From the NCBI RefSeq assembly GCF_001194135.2, contig NC_068981.1, positions 72,599,761 to 72,663,760 of the forward strand: a stretch of 64,000 bases of DNA, in the 5' to 3' direction. Position 1 is the first letter of the stretch. Each line of letters opens with the position of its first letter. This DNA is from Octopus bimaculoides. Taxonomy: Eukaryota. The position numbers and the translations under genes were made by a program. The notes beneath the pieces are model-generated. The model had not been told where the DNA came from and searched no databases. It was given only the letters and a program-made list of their open reading frames with translations. Below, one piece after another: positions 39,286 to 52,970 of this stretch.

Positions 39286-39465
39286 TGGAATTTATAGAAA
39301 AACAAAAGAGGAAGACAGGTGTATGAACAACAAGCAAGTGTATTAGTTTGACACTCGGGAAAATGAAAAAGTCTTTTACGTTTCGAGCCTACGGTCTTCA
39401 ACAGAAAGGAATAAATGAAAATAAGCAGAGAAAGAATGAAAAAAAATCTTATAAATTTCAGCAGT
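39286..39465 (-). mobile_element. Second copy of the PLE-like terminal repeat at 34992
   Basis: GAAGACAGGTGTATGAACAA...GTATTAGTTTGACACTCGG...TTTTACGTTTCGAGCCTACG is shared with 35018-35100. Confidence 0.75.
39373..39408 (-). ncRNA. Minimal hammerhead-like motif with variant core, copy 2
   Basis: Same as 35079-35114 except one stem II mismatch (GACC/GCUC). Confidence 0.55.
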
Positions 39466-40497
39466 CCAGCATGGTGAATGATTCGAAAAGAAAAGGTTGC
39501 AAGAAAGGGAGATATTCTCATTTATTTCGGACGTCACCTGAACAATGGAAGACTTCACTGAAACTATGACATTGTGAAAATGTCGATTTGCCTCCCTTTC
39601 AAAAACACTCTAAACATATTAGTCCGTAGGATTTAAGTCTGGCGAGTTTGGATGAAACTTTGATGTTACATGATTATATACATTGTATGATATCCACTCT
39701 TGGTTTACGTGGGCTTTGTGAGAAGGTGTTGAGTTTTTTAAAATACGTTTGTCCTTCCTTTGCATACTTCGTCCATCCAAAGTTTAACAATTCTCTTCTG
39801 TACCTCAGCGTATCCAGCAGCAATAATTTTAATACCCTCTGTCAATGTATCATGGTACTCACCACTCCTAAGACTATCATATTTCCTGAAAATTTAGCAT
39901 TCATCACACAGTGGACATCAAAAAGATCTTCATTTATCCACCTGCTGGACTTGGTTGAAAGTTTTCTCAGAAAAGCCAAAGCATGCCATGTTCGTAAGGG
40001 CTTTTAACCTTGTTGTGTAACCGCTTAGCACTAGTAGGAGGGTTACCCTCTGTTTTTGTTAGTATGAATTGGCCTTTCCTCAATACATAGGACTTCTATT
40101 GAATGTTCTCGTGCACAATAGTTCTGATATTTCCCTCCGGTACTTGGAGTTCTTTGGTGATGGTCCTAACTTATTATATTTTGAATCCATGGGATAAAGT
40201 GCAATATCATTATACTGTCCGAAAGTTTAGATTGTTATATTTTTGTTTTGAGACATTCCCACTAGAAGCTTCCAATTCCATCTGAATTTCGTGTACAAAA
40301 GATCTTGTAGCATTTAGAAAGTTGGCAGTTTTAAATTACAGTATTTCGCGTATATGGCAACAATAACTGCACATCGTATTTCTTGTGCTAGTATTTTATC
40401 CGCCATGGAGGATCTGAAAGAAATAAAAGTCTTTCGATTGACTTGAAGTGAGTAATATGCTGATAATTAGGTGTCCTCAAATACCCCACGCACGCTG
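39465..40497 (-). mobile_element. Tc1/mariner maT (DD37D-like) transposon, near-full-length decayed transposase (ATG at 40406)
   Basis: MADKILAQEIRCAVIVAI...SFVHEIQMELEAS...RTIVHENIQ*KSYVLRKGQF...AAGYAEV...STPSHKAHVNQEWI...PNSPDLNPTD*Y...FEREANRH; terminus CAGCGTG next to TA at 40498-99. Confidence 0.88.
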
Positions 40498-42247
40498 TAT
40501 ACACTGCTATTTTTACAGTAATCTAAAGATGCACAAATAAATGCATATACATATATTTACAATCAAAAAACACACACATGTGTAAACAGATGTTTGTATG
40601 TATATGTATGCATGTGTGAATGTGTGCCTGTATATATGTATTGATATAGTTTTTACCCATCTCAGCATACATGTGTGTTTAACTGTATTCTAAGTGAAAC
40701 ACAATTTTGAGTTGTCATAATTGAAATCTTTCAATGCTGTACAAATGTATCGGCTATTAAGGATTTTAGCTGTCTTTTTTTAAAGGAAGTATCTCATTAA
40801 CTACAGATCTTGCTTTAGCATTCTTTTTCTTTTCTCCTGAACAGTTATTATTATAATGCAGTTTTCTTCCTTTAATACTACAACGTGTGCTATGGAAAAA
40901 TATGGAAAATACGTGCTTACTTCTGATATTTCTTAAATAACATACACATAACAAATGAGAAATATTTAATACAAATGAGCCAATTAGTTTCTTTTTTGTT
41001 CTTTGTTCCCTTAAATATTCTATTTTTTTTTTTCATTTCAAAGGATACTCATTAAAATTTCTTCAGTGATCAAGGGACGAGAGATTACTCAAATAATAAT
41101 CAAACAGTTTCAAAAGAAAGCTGCTTTTTCAATTTAAAATCTTGGAAAATATTCTTCACTCTAATATATTAACTCTTGAAAATAAACAATAGGAAATGAA
41201 TATTATCTCATATGCTGATAGAAAGCAACTGTATTATCATAAAAAGAAAAATATTAAAAGTATTTCACGGATAAAGTGGAACTATAGAAATGTACGTAAT
41301 TCTGTATTAGATGTTTGCGTTGTGCATTACATTTACCAATCAGATATATATTTAGTTTATTTTGTCACTTTCTATTTCTGGAATTGATAATGTAAATACA
41401 AAGAAATTAAGTAGAAATCTGTTTGTAAATTATCTTTTCAATAGAAAATAGGAAGTTGACTTGTTAATGTTCAACAGAATCTAATTGTACAGTATTGGTA
41501 TGAAATTTGCGACCTAAATAAAATCAATATAGATGAAATGAAAACAATGAAATTTGTTTTTATGAATTTCAAATACCAAATTTATAAATAAACATAGTTG
41601 AATTTAATTGTAACCTTTAAATAGTATAAATACGTTTAACATCAATTTTATGTGATGTATCAAATTTAATATTGATTTAATTTTTAATTAAAAACAAATC
41701 GATATTTATGAACAGAGATATATTCAATCGAAACCTAGTACTTTATTCTATTAACCTCGTGGAAAATATAAAAGACATAGGAGAAAAAAATAGGTAACCA
41801 ACAGAAGACTAGTGTTACTCCTAACGAATGTAGTTATTACAAGAGACAATCGTTTCGTCTGAAGTATGATTATAACAACACTACAATACATCTAGCCTCA
41901 CTTTCTCTCATTCTCTCTTCCTTTTTTTTTTCTGTTACTCTGCATATATACTTTCGGAATAATTATTTAATCGTTTTACAACACTGCATTCTAGTCAAGA
42001 TTTCTTTTTTTAAAAAACTCATTCGCAATAGTAAACTTAGTACCTACATACACACAATTCATAGTACATTATCGTGTCTACAACTTCACCAGAAAGCACA
42101 CGAGAATGAGCACAGAATTCGCATTTCTACTCACCGTGTAATTTCACGATACAATCAGAAACAATATAGGTCAGCTTTGCGGTCTTTTAGATCTAAAAGG
42201 AACAGTTTTCCGGAAACACTTCATATAACAACAGAAACAACAACAAT

Positions 42248-42278
<31 letters not shown>

Positions 42279-42639
42279 ACAACAATAATAATAATAATGA
42301 TAAAAGGTGTCTGAATTATAGTGTATGAAAGGCCGGATTCTGAATTGGAAAAGTAGGTTCAAACTTTGCGTGCTAGAGTTGCCTCACTTAAAACTGCAAG
42401 TGTGATAAGTAAGATGACATACTATACTTTAAGAACACTCTATGAGTCAGACTGAAGCTACTGTTTTTGCTTTAAATACGAAGTGATTTTCCTCTATGAA
42501 ATTTTGACATTTTTAACACTTCTGAATCGTTTTACTTCAATGACAGATTTAGGAAAGAGTGTGTCATCATTTATACAAAGTGGCTATCCTGTACGATGTT
42601 CCGTGACTTATAATCAAGAATATAGCACACGAAAACTGG

Positions 42640-42780
42640 TAAAAAAGAATTACTGCTGCAGGAATGGTTGTATAGTTCACAAAGTGGTTTCGGGTTTAGT
42701 CTCACAGCACAGTACCTTCGACAAATGTCTTCTTCTATAACCCTAGACAACTAATGCCTTCTGAGTGAGTTTGGTGGAGG
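42640..42780 (+). mobile_element. Degenerate SINE 5' part (family of 19983)
   Basis: GGTTTCGGGTTTAGTCTCACAGCACAGTACCTTCGACAAATGTCTTCTTCTATAACC resembles 20030-20090. Confidence 0.6.
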
Positions 42781-43313
42781 AAAATATATGTCATGTCACT
42801 CGCAAACAGCTTTATTCTGAGGAGATATATTATGAGTGAAAATAGTGGCTATATAGTAGTAGTTTTTGACTGCTATTTCTGAACATGTAAGAGTTTTTGC
42901 AACCCTCTCCGTTATAATTGTGATTTATTCATAATTATAAACACTCTTCTTGTATGTAATTTATGATTGCATGTTTGGCCATTCATATTCATAAATGATT
43001 ATTAATTGTTTATAATTGTTTATGATATACTCTTCGTAATGTATTGTTACATTCTTTGTTAATTATACATATATATATATATATATANNNNNNNNNNNNN
43101 NNNNNNNNNNNNNNNNNNNNNNNNNNNNNNNNNNNNNNNNNNNNNNNNNNNNNNNNNNNNNNNNNNNNNNNNNNNNNNNNNNNNNNNNNNNNNNNNNNNN
43201 NNNNNNNNNNNNNNNNNNNNNNNNNNNNNNNNNNNNNNNNNNNNNNNNNNNNNNNNNNNNNNNNNNNNNNNNNNNNNNNNNNNNNNNNNNNNNNNNNNNN
43301 NNNNNNNNNNNNN

Positions 43314-43354
<41 letters not shown>

Positions 43355-43355
<1 letters not shown>

Positions 43356-43652
43356 ATGAACTCCCGTGGAAGACGACGTATGAGCGTTCAACTTTTGTCG
43401 AAAGACCTGCACAAATTATTTGTTTATAGTGATCGAATGTTCGTGCTGTACATTAGTTCACTCCCTCCATCAAATCGACGTTGCCTGAACAGATGCACTC
43501 TGTACCACTCTTCAGTTGTCGAAGTGATCACAGAACAATGTGAGATGAAGTGTTTTACTCGAGAGCACAACATACCACCCGGTCTAAGAATTGAAATTAT
43601 GATCGCTAGACCGTGAATGTAACACCCTAACCATTAAGCCATGTACCCTCAC
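43355..43652 (-). mobile_element. tRNA-derived SINE
   Basis: Minus-strand head GTGAGGGTACATGGCTTAATGGTTAGGGTG...TTTCAATTCTTAGACCGGG; body shared with 33284-33520. Confidence 0.8.
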
Positions 43653-43721
43653 GCATGTATATACATAAATATATATATGTATATACATATATGTGTGTGT
43701 GTATGTATTTATCTGTATATG

Positions 43722-43925
43722 TACTTTTGTTTGTCTCCCCATCGCTTGACAACCGATTTTTTTTTTCATTTCCAACCCTGTAACTTAGCAGTACAGCAAA
43801 AGAGAACGACTAGAATTAGTATCTGACTCTTAAAAAATAAGTGCTGGGGTCGATTTGTTCTACTAAACTTTTCATGTCGCTGCTCCAGCGTGGCCGCAGT
43901 CTAAAGACTGAGACGAATAAAAACA
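43722..43925 (+). mobile_element. SINE 3' half (family of 19983)
   Basis: CATCGCTTGACAACCGA...TGGGGTCGATTTG...GCTCCAGCGTGGCCGCAGTC matches 20208-20375. Confidence 0.8.
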
Positions 43926-44100
43926 TGGAAGAGAGCTATCCTAAGGCTAGATCCTTTATATTAACATATTTACATATGTAATCATTATATCTCGCGCTTT
44001 CAAGATCTTTTAAATACACCGATCATTTCTATTGCTGACCAGCCAGAAACCCTCACGATGTAGTAGAACAAAATTGAAATCATACGACTTCCATCTCACA

Positions 44101-44315
44101 TTGGTTTCAAATTTTGACACGAGGCCAACAAGATTGTGGGAGGGGATAAGTCGATTACATTGATCCTAGTGCTCAACTGGTACTTATTTTATCGACCTGA
44201 AAAGATGAAAAGCGATGTCGAACTCGACGGAATTTGAACTCAGATCGTAAAGACGGAAGAAATGCCGCTAAGCATTTTGCCCAGCGTGATAACAACTCTG
44301 TCAGCTTGCCGCCTT
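44101..44315 (-). mobile_element. Full-length tRNA-derived SINE (family of 20404)
   Basis: Antisense match to 20404-20615, including the B box GAGTTCAAATTCC. Confidence 0.88.
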
Positions 44316-45161
44316 CTTCTCACTGATACTAATGATGAAGAGGAAACAAAAGTAGCTTCAGATAACGCTACTAACTAGTTTGCTAATTCAATTTTATTTC
44401 ACAGCATTAGACAATATTTAGGTTTAAACAGTACTATATGAATTAATCGGTGAAATATATGACTTGGCACTAAATCTCTGGTCCCATCTCGTCGGAGATT
44501 TTATAGTGCTTACTTTACTAAGTTTAATATTGTATATAAATAGAACAGTAAGCATTACTTAAACAGTAGAGTTACGAACCAAATGCATTACAGCGTTTAG
44601 TTTTCTGGTGAAAGAGTTCAATTTCGGTTCTAAGCTAATTTTTCCTTTCATTGCAAAGATTGTATCAACCTTCATTCGTTCTTGTATTCTTGCCTATTCT
44701 ATAAAATAAGTATACGAATCGATATCATCAACAACACTTCTTAATTTCAACAATGTACTTTGTGTCTGTAAGTAAGATATTAATGCGATAGAAAGCGTAA
44801 CTTTCCTTTAATTGAACTGACAACTAGTCACTGGCGCATATTGATTTCTCTTTGATTAAACTGTGTAGGGCTGTTATATAGTTGATCGAGTCAAATCAAA
44901 TATATAATTGGTACCTATATCACTGACACAAATAAATCAAAAGACAAAGTGAAATCTTTGTGAGATTACAACAATAAGATATAGGCTCTCCGAGGTTAAA
45001 GAATAATTTCGGTTCTGAACGACATGGTTACAGGTTAAACCTTACTGCACGGGATTGGAGCCAATGTAGAATATATCTATGAATATGTGTGAGTATGTGA
45101 GTGTGAGTGTATATGTATGTGTTTGCATTTGTTTCCCCTTCATGTATGTATATATATATAA

Positions 45162-45620
45162 TTGATAAAAGAAACGGAAGATAGATTTAGCACTAGACTT
45201 TATTCAGAACGACGATCGTTTCGACCCATCCTGCAACTGTCCGTTACGGGTAGGATATTGTGTTGCATCAATCTTTGCAGTTTGTGTCACATCAGGTACA
45301 TGCATCAAAAAATATCCCGCTAATACACTAAGTTCTCCTAGGCACGTTTTTTCCCGCTGTGTTTGGGTTATAACCGGCAAATGGTAATAACCAAAAAAAA
45401 AAAAGGGGGCAATAACAGCATGCCTAGGAGAACTCAGTACATCTATCGGAACATCCCCTTCTTTATGCATGTAGCTGATGCGATACGAACTGCATAGATT
45501 GATGCAACACAATTAGATGCACAATATCCTGATAATAGCGAACAGTTGCAGGATGGGTCGAAACGATCGTCGTACTGAATAAAGACTTGTGCAAACTCTA
45601 TCTTCTGTTTCCTTCATCAA
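45162..45620. mobile_element. ~460-bp fold-back element with degenerate HHR motifs in both arms
   Basis: Arms 45162-45344 and ~45421-45620 are inverted copies with an identical block ACAGTTGCAGGATGGGTCGAAACGATCGTCG; ~75-bp spacer. Confidence 0.88.
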
Positions 45621-45763
45621 CTGTTATCTCAACTAACACAACGGAATTCCTGACGTAGATCCAGAGGAAACATATCCCGACTGTGGATGATACGATGTAA
45701 CCCAAACTCTGAATGCGCTTCATTCAACACACTAATTGATATATACCCATTAGTCTAAAAAAA

Positions 45764-45818
<55 letters not shown>

Positions 45819-48800
45819 CATACATATGCATATGCTTATAGAATTAAATGTATATCTGTGTAAGCATGTGCTTCGTAATGTATCAATAAAACATTAACTG
45901 AAAAAAAGATCTCAAAACGTGAAGTAACTGCAGAAAATCATTTTTTTTTCTGTTAACAGTATTCTCGAAGCGTTGCCAATACGCGCTCAGTTAACTATAA
46001 TAGAAGAACTAAGATCCTCTGTATAAGATGTATAAGAAGCGAAAGAGTAGACCATGTAAAATATTCCCCAAAAAAGTGACAACAGACAAATGTGTGTGTG
46101 TGTGTGTGTGTGTGTATCTGTATATCTGTTTATCAGTGTATATCTGCGATGAAACTGAGAAACGATGTCTTGATATCAAAATCATTTGAGGTATTTATTT
46201 TGTATCGACTTAAACATTTTGATATTCACCATCATAAATGTAGTGAAACAAATTATTGGAAACTGTCGGCACAATTTGCCTTTTCAAATAGTGATTGAAA
46301 TTATGACTTTAGTATTGAGAGAGTAATGCGGATACAGATACCCAACTCTACAAATTTGTTCGCTAGCATATCTATCGGTTTCTCAGTACACAGCGTACAG
46401 AATGTATCGAAATATACTCGGAGTTTGTGCTCTTGTTGATCCCATCTTTACTCTTCAGAGCTTGTCGATCGCACAATGTAAATGCTTTGATGTTATACAT
46501 TAAGCTACCTCTCCTGGATAGATGTGACCCGTTGACTTTTCCAAAGTTTAGATTCCTGTGATAAACGGTATACTTTCAATTGCTTTTTATTTTGTAGTGT
46601 CAGCCATTTCCGAGTAAAAAAAATATCATCCGATAAATCTCTACTGTAAATTAGATCTTGAATTTATAGAGGTAACATAACTGACATATTAACTTTCTTA
46701 AACGATGTATTCATTTTATCGAGCCTAGAAAATGAAAGACGAACAGCCTCGACATATCTTGATTGTAAAATGGTGTAACTAAAAGCAGTTCGCCATTTTC
46801 CGGTATTCTTATCTTCTGTCATCAATCGATCCCTTGTGCATGTATATAGTGACGACGAAACTGCAATACAATTAAAGGTATCAATCATTGATGTTCCACT
46901 TTTCGACAGCTAAATAACAAAATTATTCAAAAGAATACGTAAAATTAAGCTTTGGTTCTGGTGTTATCAAAGCAATCTCCACTAGAAATGAATTTCTTTA
47001 ATTTCGCTTAACCCTATTTCCTTGTGTTCCTTTGTCGACCTAATTCATAGACTATTTCTGTTCAGTTTTTCCCTGACAGAATTATTTTTGGCAGTGATTT
47101 AGTATTTCGTTATTTTTGAGATGTTACTAATCTTCTTTTATCTTAGAAAGAAAATTCTTCCTATCTTCGTGTATTTTTATCAGTTTTGTTGTTACGAATT
47201 TTTTCTGTTTTCGCAAATGTGATATCACCCATAGCATAACGAAATATATTTATATAGATTACACTGTTCTTATCTAATCCTCTAACAGAAAAGACATATC
47301 TACCTTCTTTTATCTTCTTTTCTTTTCTATTTTGCTCTCTTTCATTCTCCTCCTATTACACATGCATATTTTTCAGGTTATGACATTTATGTTTTATGAA
47401 ACAAAAGAGACGAAGAGACAGAGAGAAAGAGAGAAGGAAAGTGAGAGAGAGAAGAGAGAGAAGGAAAGAGAGGAGACAGAGAAATAGAGGGAGGGAGAGA
47501 GAGAGAGAAAGAGAGAGAGGGCGAACGTATTGCTTACCATTGATGTTGACCCCACCCTTTCTGATTATCTCCAAACTAAATAAATATGTTTTTATCTAAT
47601 GCCAGAGCTTAAATTTTTTCATTAACATGTTTTTCAAACAATGCTTAGAAATTGGCCAATATGATACCGACTCAGTAATTGGACCTTGAGACAGAAATTC
47701 TACAAACTTTCTAGGGATTTCCCTAGACAAGTTAGAAAATTTGACAGATATATTATTTTTATATCCTCTCTGTGGTCAGTTCGTTTTTTTACTAAATTCA
47801 TTCTCTGCTACCCGAAGAATTTATCATTTCATTCGATATTTTTCTATTTAATGTTACTTAGCATCTGAATTAATGTCATTGCCAAAATTCTTTACTCTTG
47901 CCGGTATATATCATTAACTGTTGCAATATAACAGAGTAGTGTAAATTTAACAAGCGTTTCGTTAGAGTTTCGTTAGCGTTTCATCTTGCAATTGAATACT
48001 TCGGTATTCTTTATCCACGGTAATTGGCCTGACAATACGATCTTGTTCCAATAATTTCATTTTGCCAACGGTAAATTAAACTCGATGTAAATAATCATAA
48101 GGTAACAAACCAACAACCTACTGAGGCACCAGAAAACTTTCTCTAAATATGACCTGAAGCAAATTATTTTAGCTTTGATATGAATATTAAAAGATACATT
48201 TATATATCACCACGAAAATGTATGGATAAAATATTGTAAGAAAATAAAAACAAGTGTTTTATCGTGAAACAATATTCTGTGAACCAATTTCATGGCGAAG
48301 AAGATAAAAAGATGTGCTGTTCACTCGTAATTTAAGACTTAAAATAGTTGATAAATATATTTTGTATTAGTAGAAAACAAAACTGAAAATATGACAATAA
48401 GATATCATTATTCTTATCATAATTAATGTCACAGAATTTGATGCGTTTGTTGTCTTATAGACATTTAAGGTGTAGATCTACTGATTTTAAGAGAAAGAAA
48501 AACAAAACAAAACAAAACATAAAGCATGGTTACTTCGATCATTACAACTCAAGACATTGTAGGTATTTCAAGTAGCAAATGCTCAGTTTATTAGTATTTT
48601 TATTTCAGTTCACAAATACAATCTAAGAATGTGGAAAGTCTCCTATTAAGAATACAGGATAAATTTATATCTAACCGGTAAAAATAAGACAGAGATTCCT
48701 TAAGCGCCCCCTCATATTTAGCCATTTTGTTGCTATAGACTGGAATTTCTCTATAACACCATTGTCGAGAAAATGGCTTCAAATGATTCACACCATAGAA

Positions 48801-49049
48801 ACTCAAATATGTTGCAATATTTGAATATCTAATCTTAATTTCGATAAAATCGACCCAAGTTGCGTGGCCAGTTCTATCAAGCGATGGGAATTGTTTGTCC
48901 TCCTTAGATTATCTCTAAAAAAAAAATCTGTCTATCGATCTGTTGGTCTGTACATATGCATATTATTAATCAACTTGCATGCAAATACATACTACAACAT
49001 TTAAATGTAAGTAGACAAATCCCTGCATAAACAGAAGTAAAACCTGTCT

Positions 49050-49104
<55 letters not shown>

Positions 49105-49593
49105 ACTCAGTGTATATATACATACATGCATACATACATATATGCAAATATACATATATCTACATATTTATATATATACAAAGAAATACAGTCAATATAC
49201 ACGATGAAAACTTATAATTATATTTACAAAACCTTCACTGGCCACCATCCGTTTCTTAACTTACGCAGAATATACACATGTTTGCACACTGACCACTATT
49301 AAATCATAATTTCTAAATTTAACGGCAGAAAAATGGTTGGGTATGTTGGTATAATTGGTAACACGCTTATAGCGAAAAGAAGAGGTGTAGGTTCAATTAC
49401 TAAGTATATTAAATTTTTTTTTGTCGTGGTTTTATATGCCCAATATTAGACTTATAATTTTATTTACAAAAGATTTTCACTTTCTTAATTTATGCAGGAT
49501 ACGTATATATATGTATGTGTGTGTGTTTGTGTGTGCGTGACTGTATGACTGTATGTCTGTATATATATGTGTGTGTATGTGTGTGCGTGACTG

Positions 49594-49661
<68 letters not shown>

Positions 49662-49665
49662 ACTG

Positions 49666-49711
<46 letters not shown>

Positions 49712-50150
49712 CATAACCACGTTCATGTTCATCCTTCAGAGCGACGATGACCACCCATCTCGTCTAGGGATGATTTACATTTGTGCGATGGATTTGTTTA
49801 AAATGAAGACGAGTTGCAAACCGCCAACCGCACTTTCTCCTTTCTGTCACCATCTTCACTTCACTGGCCAGTCCAGGTCAAGACGGTATGGGATGGGGAC
49901 GGATGCAGTGGATGACCAAGATTTCTTACTTGTGTCATCTTGCGCTCTGTTTTCACAATGCGTTACTGTAGTCGCTTTCCCATTTGTTTGACGACGAAGG
50001 TTTCTTCCGCAGAGTCCGCTCGATTCAGACATTACATGCATAGGTAGGCAAACCCTAACTGGCTAAGAGTTACATGCCCCTTGGCTACCCTTTCCTGGTT
50101 TTACCCACCTGCCGAAGTGGTTCATCGGCTTGTTGCCGCCGTTGCATGGT
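49712..50150 (-). mobile_element. Probable RTE-clade LINE 5' region
   Basis: GC-richer non-coding block between microsatellites that resembles RTE 5' leaders by my recognition only; no RT motif seen. Confidence 0.35.
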
Positions 50151-50330
50151 AACAGATATTAAATGTCACAGGTTGGCAACCAATAGTTGAGTAAACCGTG
50201 AAAGCGAAACATGAAATTTCAATCAGATCAGGATTACTAATAAATTTTATTCTGTTGAATGTATAGAGTCCCATCATTAGTAAATGGTTTGCTGCTTTCT
50301 GCAAGCTCATCAACATTACGAGATATATAA

Positions 50331-50379
<49 letters not shown>

Positions 50380-52915
50380 AACACATACCCCACACACATA
50401 TGCACACATATATGCACACACAGACACACACTCCACACACATATGCACACATGTACGCACACATATACACACACACGCATGCACACAATGCAAGTGCGTG
50501 CGCACACACATGTACACGCACGCACACATATATGCACACGCATGCACACACACACACACACACAGAGACACACAGACACACACACTCATGCACGCATTCA
50601 CTCCTTCGCTACACTAAGTTTCGTGCATGTTTTAGTGTAGTCTCTATTCGGCTGTACGAATGCATACAGAGCGAAGCTAGTGACAGAATGAATCATCATC
50701 ATAAAACGAAAAACTATTCCTTACCCTTGCATGTCTTTGATGTCTGACTGTCTAATTTGGGTCCTATAAATTTGAGCGAACTCTTTACCCGCACCAGAAA
50801 ATGTTTTTTTAGTTAGAAAGAAAATGTCCTTATTGAATAGTGGAGCTTATAAGTTGGGAAGTCGATTACGCTAGTATTTAGACACAGATACACATTTAGT
50901 CGGACATTGTATTGTATCAATCAATTCTTAATAGCTTTTGCAAGCAATAAATGAAATTCTGAACACGTCGTTCTCCGTCCATTTATATATATATGTATAT
51001 TTATATCGTATTTAATATATCTCATTCATATAATATATTTACGTCATGGAATAATGTCTACTAATTTAGCTCATTTGGGATATACTCGTAATGGCTGAAT
51101 TATTATCCCAAGTTTATTTTGATATTACTTAGCGGAGACATTGTAGCATTGTAAATCTCATAACTACGACTATATTATATAAATATAAATGATAAATAAC
51201 TTTGAAATTTTTCTTACCTACTTAAAGAGCAAAATCAGAGGAGCGGAGTATTCAATATTCAGTGTTTCGCATAATTTTTCCTTCTAAGTTCACATATCGG
51301 GAAGATGAATATTTCTTTATTTAAAATATTAATGAAAATGTATCAATATTTAGTTGTATTTATAGTTGAGTAATCAGTGGTTTGTCGAATGTAGTTAATG
51401 TGGATCATTTGTTAGAAAGTTATTTTTGAAGTCATTACAATATTTCTGATTTGTTTAGGTAAATAATTAAATGACTAAACCTACCATATTGTGAAGGTTT
51501 TTCCTTACCTCGAGATGTCAGCCTTTCCTGAACAATAAAACCACCTACGCCATAACTTGGGTAATTCGAAAGCACATACTTCCCGAAGTTGCTTCTGAAA
51601 AAAACGAGTACAGGAAACTCGAATCTTGCTATGGATACCATAATTTAATCAAGTGACCATTTAGAAAGTGGAGTTAATCCCATACACCTCTAGTCTTTGA
51701 ATATTCAAACGTCCAAACCTTTAATCCTTGCTGTCGATAAGAAAACAGTTATTATCAGTTCAATTTTCCATTCCCTGTCTCTGACCACAGTCTTCACATT
51801 TTTTCATCCCGGCGCGTATTGTATGAGGATCGACTATTTCTGAGCATTCACTTTCTTTTTCAGTGTTAGCCTTATTTTGCCAAAGGAGAGCACAAATTGC
51901 CGTAATTCGGTCAGAGCTCCTCCTAAGTTATCTTCTGAGGGCTTATCGAAATTATCACTATTGTTTCAGAGACAAAAGTATACAATTTTCCTTCTTGCCT
52001 TTTGTACAAAAACCTCGGGAAAAGAAGCACTTTTTCTCACAATATACAACTTCCACAGTAATTCCAGTACAGAAGCTGGCTCATATTATTTACCTCTCTG
52101 TGAACATGCAGTAAGTGTTTATGTCGCTTAAAAACGCTTATATTTTTACAGATGTTGTTATTTATATTGCTGGAATTCATATTGCTTATATTGTTGTTCT
52201 CGTTGCTCTTGTTGTTGTGACTATTATTGTTAGTGATAACGTTAGCATCTGCAACGGCGTCAGCAAAATGATACCACTTCCACACGTCTGCATTCTACGT
52301 CTGTTCACAGTGTTTATATTGTTGAATTTAACATTTTCAACACTATTTTTTTTTCTTATTGTGTAATTGTTCCTGTTTGCACCTCCGCTATTTGTTCATC
52401 TGACATATATCATATATAGTAGGTTCTACCTGTCTGTTCATGTCATGTATATCGTCTGTTTTTTCTTTAATTCTGTTTCTGTTTTTCAAAATAAAAGAAA
52501 AAAATAATACGGTGGAGCATTAGTGTCATTTTCGACACTCCTACTATCATTGTGGCCAACACCCCCGACTGCTACTTCTGATGGTATGATGCTGATGTGG
52601 AGAACGAAAACAAATGGCCTTTTGCCAGATAGAAAGCATAGCTAGTAAGCAAAAACAATGTCAAAACAAACTTTTCCCCCACAACGCAACGGGGTGGAGA
52701 TTTAAGATATCCAAGCTTAAAGTTTCCTGCCCATACTTCAATTCATAGCAGAAAACAAAAAGTCTGTTTCGTTAAGTAATGCAAATAAAATCCTCCATTG
52801 TAGCACTGTGAAAACACATCTTACCACGACAGATGTGTTTTCATAGAACTTCAATGAGATGAGGAGGATGACGATGAAGAGGTGAATGAGAAGAAGAATA
52901 AAAATAATAATAATG

Positions 52916-52970
<55 letters not shown>

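Noticed and set aside
42135-42192. Minus-strand exon with a strong ACG|GTGAGT donor
   Set aside because: All three frames contain stops from the best acceptor; no other support.
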